From the NCBI RefSeq assembly GCF_006345805.1, contig NC_042999.1, positions 163,122,001 to 163,186,000 on the forward strand: 64,000 bases of DNA, read 5' to 3'. Origin of the DNA: Octopus sinensis (Eukaryota). A program made the position numbers and the translations under genes. The notes under the pieces were generated by a model. The model was not told the DNA's origin. It made no database searches and worked only from the letters and a program-made list of their open reading frames with translations. How positions within the stretch are numbered: position 1 is the first letter of the stretch; every line of letters starts with the position of its first letter. Shown here in pieces: positions 61,826-64,000 of this stretch.

Positions 61826-61983
61826 ATCATCATCATCGTTTAACGTCCGTTTTCCGCCCTAGCATGGGTTGGACGGTTCGACAGGGGTCTGGGAAGCCAG
61901 GGCTGCATCAGGCTCCAGTCTGATCTGGCAGTGTTTCTACAGCTGGATGCCCTTCCTAACGCCAACCACTCCACGAGTGTAGT
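61826..61983 (-). mobile_element. RTE tail fragment
   Basis: Family motifs. Confidence 0.75.
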
Positions 61984-62439
61984 ATATGGATATATTATCT
62001 TCTCTCTGTTTTTCTTTCACCTCCTCCTCTCCCACTATTCTAGCCTATTATTCTGTCACTCTCTCCCTCACTCCTCCTCCCTTGCTCATGCGGCTCCCAC
62101 ATGACCATCGGCCATCTTACTTGCTGGAACAAAGACGTCTTCTTGTTACTCCCCTGTCCTAGCTTGATTTATGCTTTCGCCACCACAACCTTGTTTAGGC
62201 TTAGCAGCCTTTCCTGTTTGTTTTCAGTCCTGTTGGTGTTACCTATTTTGACCCTCTGCAAAATCTCAAATTTTATTTAACTTGCTTTGCAGGAGCAACT
62301 GTTTTATCAAAAGCATATATTGTTGTTAAATGTTCGAAGTACAAGACTAGAAAAAAACAGCCAACAACTGATGAAGGGTCGTTCTTTATGTTCTTTGTTT
62401 TGTTTTCCATTTGTGTCTTTTGTTGTTCAAAAGAATAGT

Positions 62440-62622
62440 TGGCACGTAAAAAGCACCCACTACACTCACGGAGTGGTTAGCGTTAGGAAGGGCATCCAGC
62501 CGTAGAAACACTGCCAGATTTGACTGGGCCTGATGAAGCCTTCTGGCTTCACAGACCCCAGTAGAACCGTCCAACCCATGCTAGCATGGAAAACGGACGC
62601 TAAACGACGATGATGATGATGA

Positions 62623-62626
<4 letters not shown>
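62440..62626 (+). mobile_element. RTE tail fragment running into a (TA)n/ATGC array (62626-62890)
   Basis: Family motifs. Confidence 0.75.
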
Positions 62627-62663
<37 letters not shown>

Positions 62664-62765
62664 TATATATATATATGCATATATATATATGCATATATAT
62701 ATATGCATATATATATATATATAATATATATATGCATATATATATATATGCATATATATATATGC

Positions 62766-62796
<31 letters not shown>

Positions 62797-62803
62797 TATA
62801 TGC

Positions 62804-62834
<31 letters not shown>

Positions 62835-62839
62835 TATGC

Positions 62840-62888
<49 letters not shown>

Positions 62889-62890
<2 letters not shown>

Positions 62891-63423
62891 GCAATTAAGG
62901 ACAACTACTTAATAAGGAAAACTTAACAAGAAATTGTCAGGTAGATAGCGTAAAAACCTCATAAGAGAAAAAATTTCAAAAAATTTCGAAAATTTCGAAA
63001 AAATGAGGTTTTTACGCTATCTACCTGACAATTTCTTGTTAAGTTTTCCTTATTAAGTAGTTGTCCTTAATTGCTAAATTTTATTCCGAAAAAACTTTTC
63101 CTCTCCCGAAATGCAATTCGTAAAAGTTTACCATTTACCCGGATGTAATATATATAAACTCACCATGTGCTTCGTTGATGTTGATCAGTTAGCTGATCGG
63201 CTTAAGCGAGGCAGGGTCGTTGTTTATTTATAATACATTCAGGCCTGCTGATGATTACGTAAGTATGAAATCACTGTGATACAGGCCTATATTTTTAAAT
63301 GTCTTACTTTGAAAAATTGCATTCGGTGGGATTAGTAATATTTTTGGTAGAAATGACTGATTGTCCCTCTTAGCGTTTGGCATGTATATACAATGCCTCC
63401 TGGCATGTATGTATAATGCCCTC
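62889..63423 (+). mobile_element. PLE pLTR-like element with a perfect 74-bp terminal foldback and a hammerhead
   Basis: Arms at 62889-62962 and 63003-63076, hammerhead at 63241-63288, (TA)n on both sides. Confidence 0.7.
63241..63288 (+). ncRNA. Type I hammerhead ribozyme fold
   Basis: AGGCCTG-CTGATGA-T-TAC(GTAA)GTA-T-GAAA-TCAC(T)GTGA-TA-CAGGCCT. The core is canonical, but positions 10.1/11.1 are U.U. Confidence 0.7.
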
Positions 63424-63472
63424 TATATATAAATATATATATATATATATATTTTATTTATATATATAGATA

Positions 63473-64000
63473 TCATCATTGTTTAACAACCACTTTCCAT
63501 GGAGGCATGGGTTGGACGGTTTAATTGAAGACTGGTTAGCCAGAGGCTGCACCAGGCTCAATCTGATATGGCAAATTTTCAACAGCTAGATGCCCTTCCT
63601 AACACCAACCACACTTGAATGTTGTTTTTCACATGCCACCAGCACGTGCCGGTAAGGCGATGCTGGCAATGATTACGCTCAAATGGTGCTTTTCACGTGT
63701 CACTGGCACGGGAGCCAGTCCCTGGCCCTGGCAAAAATCAGGCCTCGCCATGCTTTTACTGTTTCAGTGGCACGAGTGCCAATCAAGCAGTACTGTCATC
63801 GGCCATGTAAACGATTTTGATTTGTTTACACTTGCTTCAATAGGACTTTGGAAGCAAGATTCATTGTCCAATGAATGAGGGGTACTCATAAGTGGGCTGG
63901 TTGCACCTCATGTTTGGATTTGCTTTTAACGTTCCACTGGCTGGCATGAGTACCAATCAGGTGATACTGTCATCAGCCACGTCAGCGATTTTGATTTCAC
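63473..64000 (-). mobile_element. Older RTE 3'UTR and tail fragment, running off the window
   Basis: Diverged family motifs. Confidence 0.7.

Overview
This is eukaryotic, AT-rich, repeat-dense DNA. The SINE, RTE and Penelope-type repeat families look like those of an octopod cephalopod (inference). The only host protein-coding gene I can support is the 5' part of a TESK1/TESK2 (cdi-like) kinase on the + strand. Coding exon 1 is 16192-16518, a 29,559-bp intron follows, coding exon 2 is 46078-46199, and no exon 3 is visible before 64000. A tRNA-Ala(CGC)-like gene lies antisense in intron 1. The rest is mobile DNA: Tx1/L1, RTE, CR1/L2 and REL-type LINE remnants, two tRNA-derived SINE families, an internally deleted Ty3/Gypsy element with an intact TSD, a Tc1/mariner fossil, foldback MITEs, piggyBac-type MITEs, Helitrons and long (TA)n arrays, with a 100-N gap at 11228-11327. 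Three observations stand out. (1) A U6 snRNA 3' half is fused directly to a 5'-truncated RTE LINE, forming a U6/RTE chimera. (2) Several unrelated non-coding elements carry type I hammerhead ribozyme folds and sit in (TA)n tracts. One is a 465-nt tandem with two intact catalytic cores (retrozyme or PLE pLTR-like), one has a compensatory U3-A8 core, and one is sense-oriented inside TESK intron 2. (3) The kinase introns contain several long dsRNA-forming foldbacks. All folds and alignments were read by eye, and boundaries of degraded repeats are approximate.
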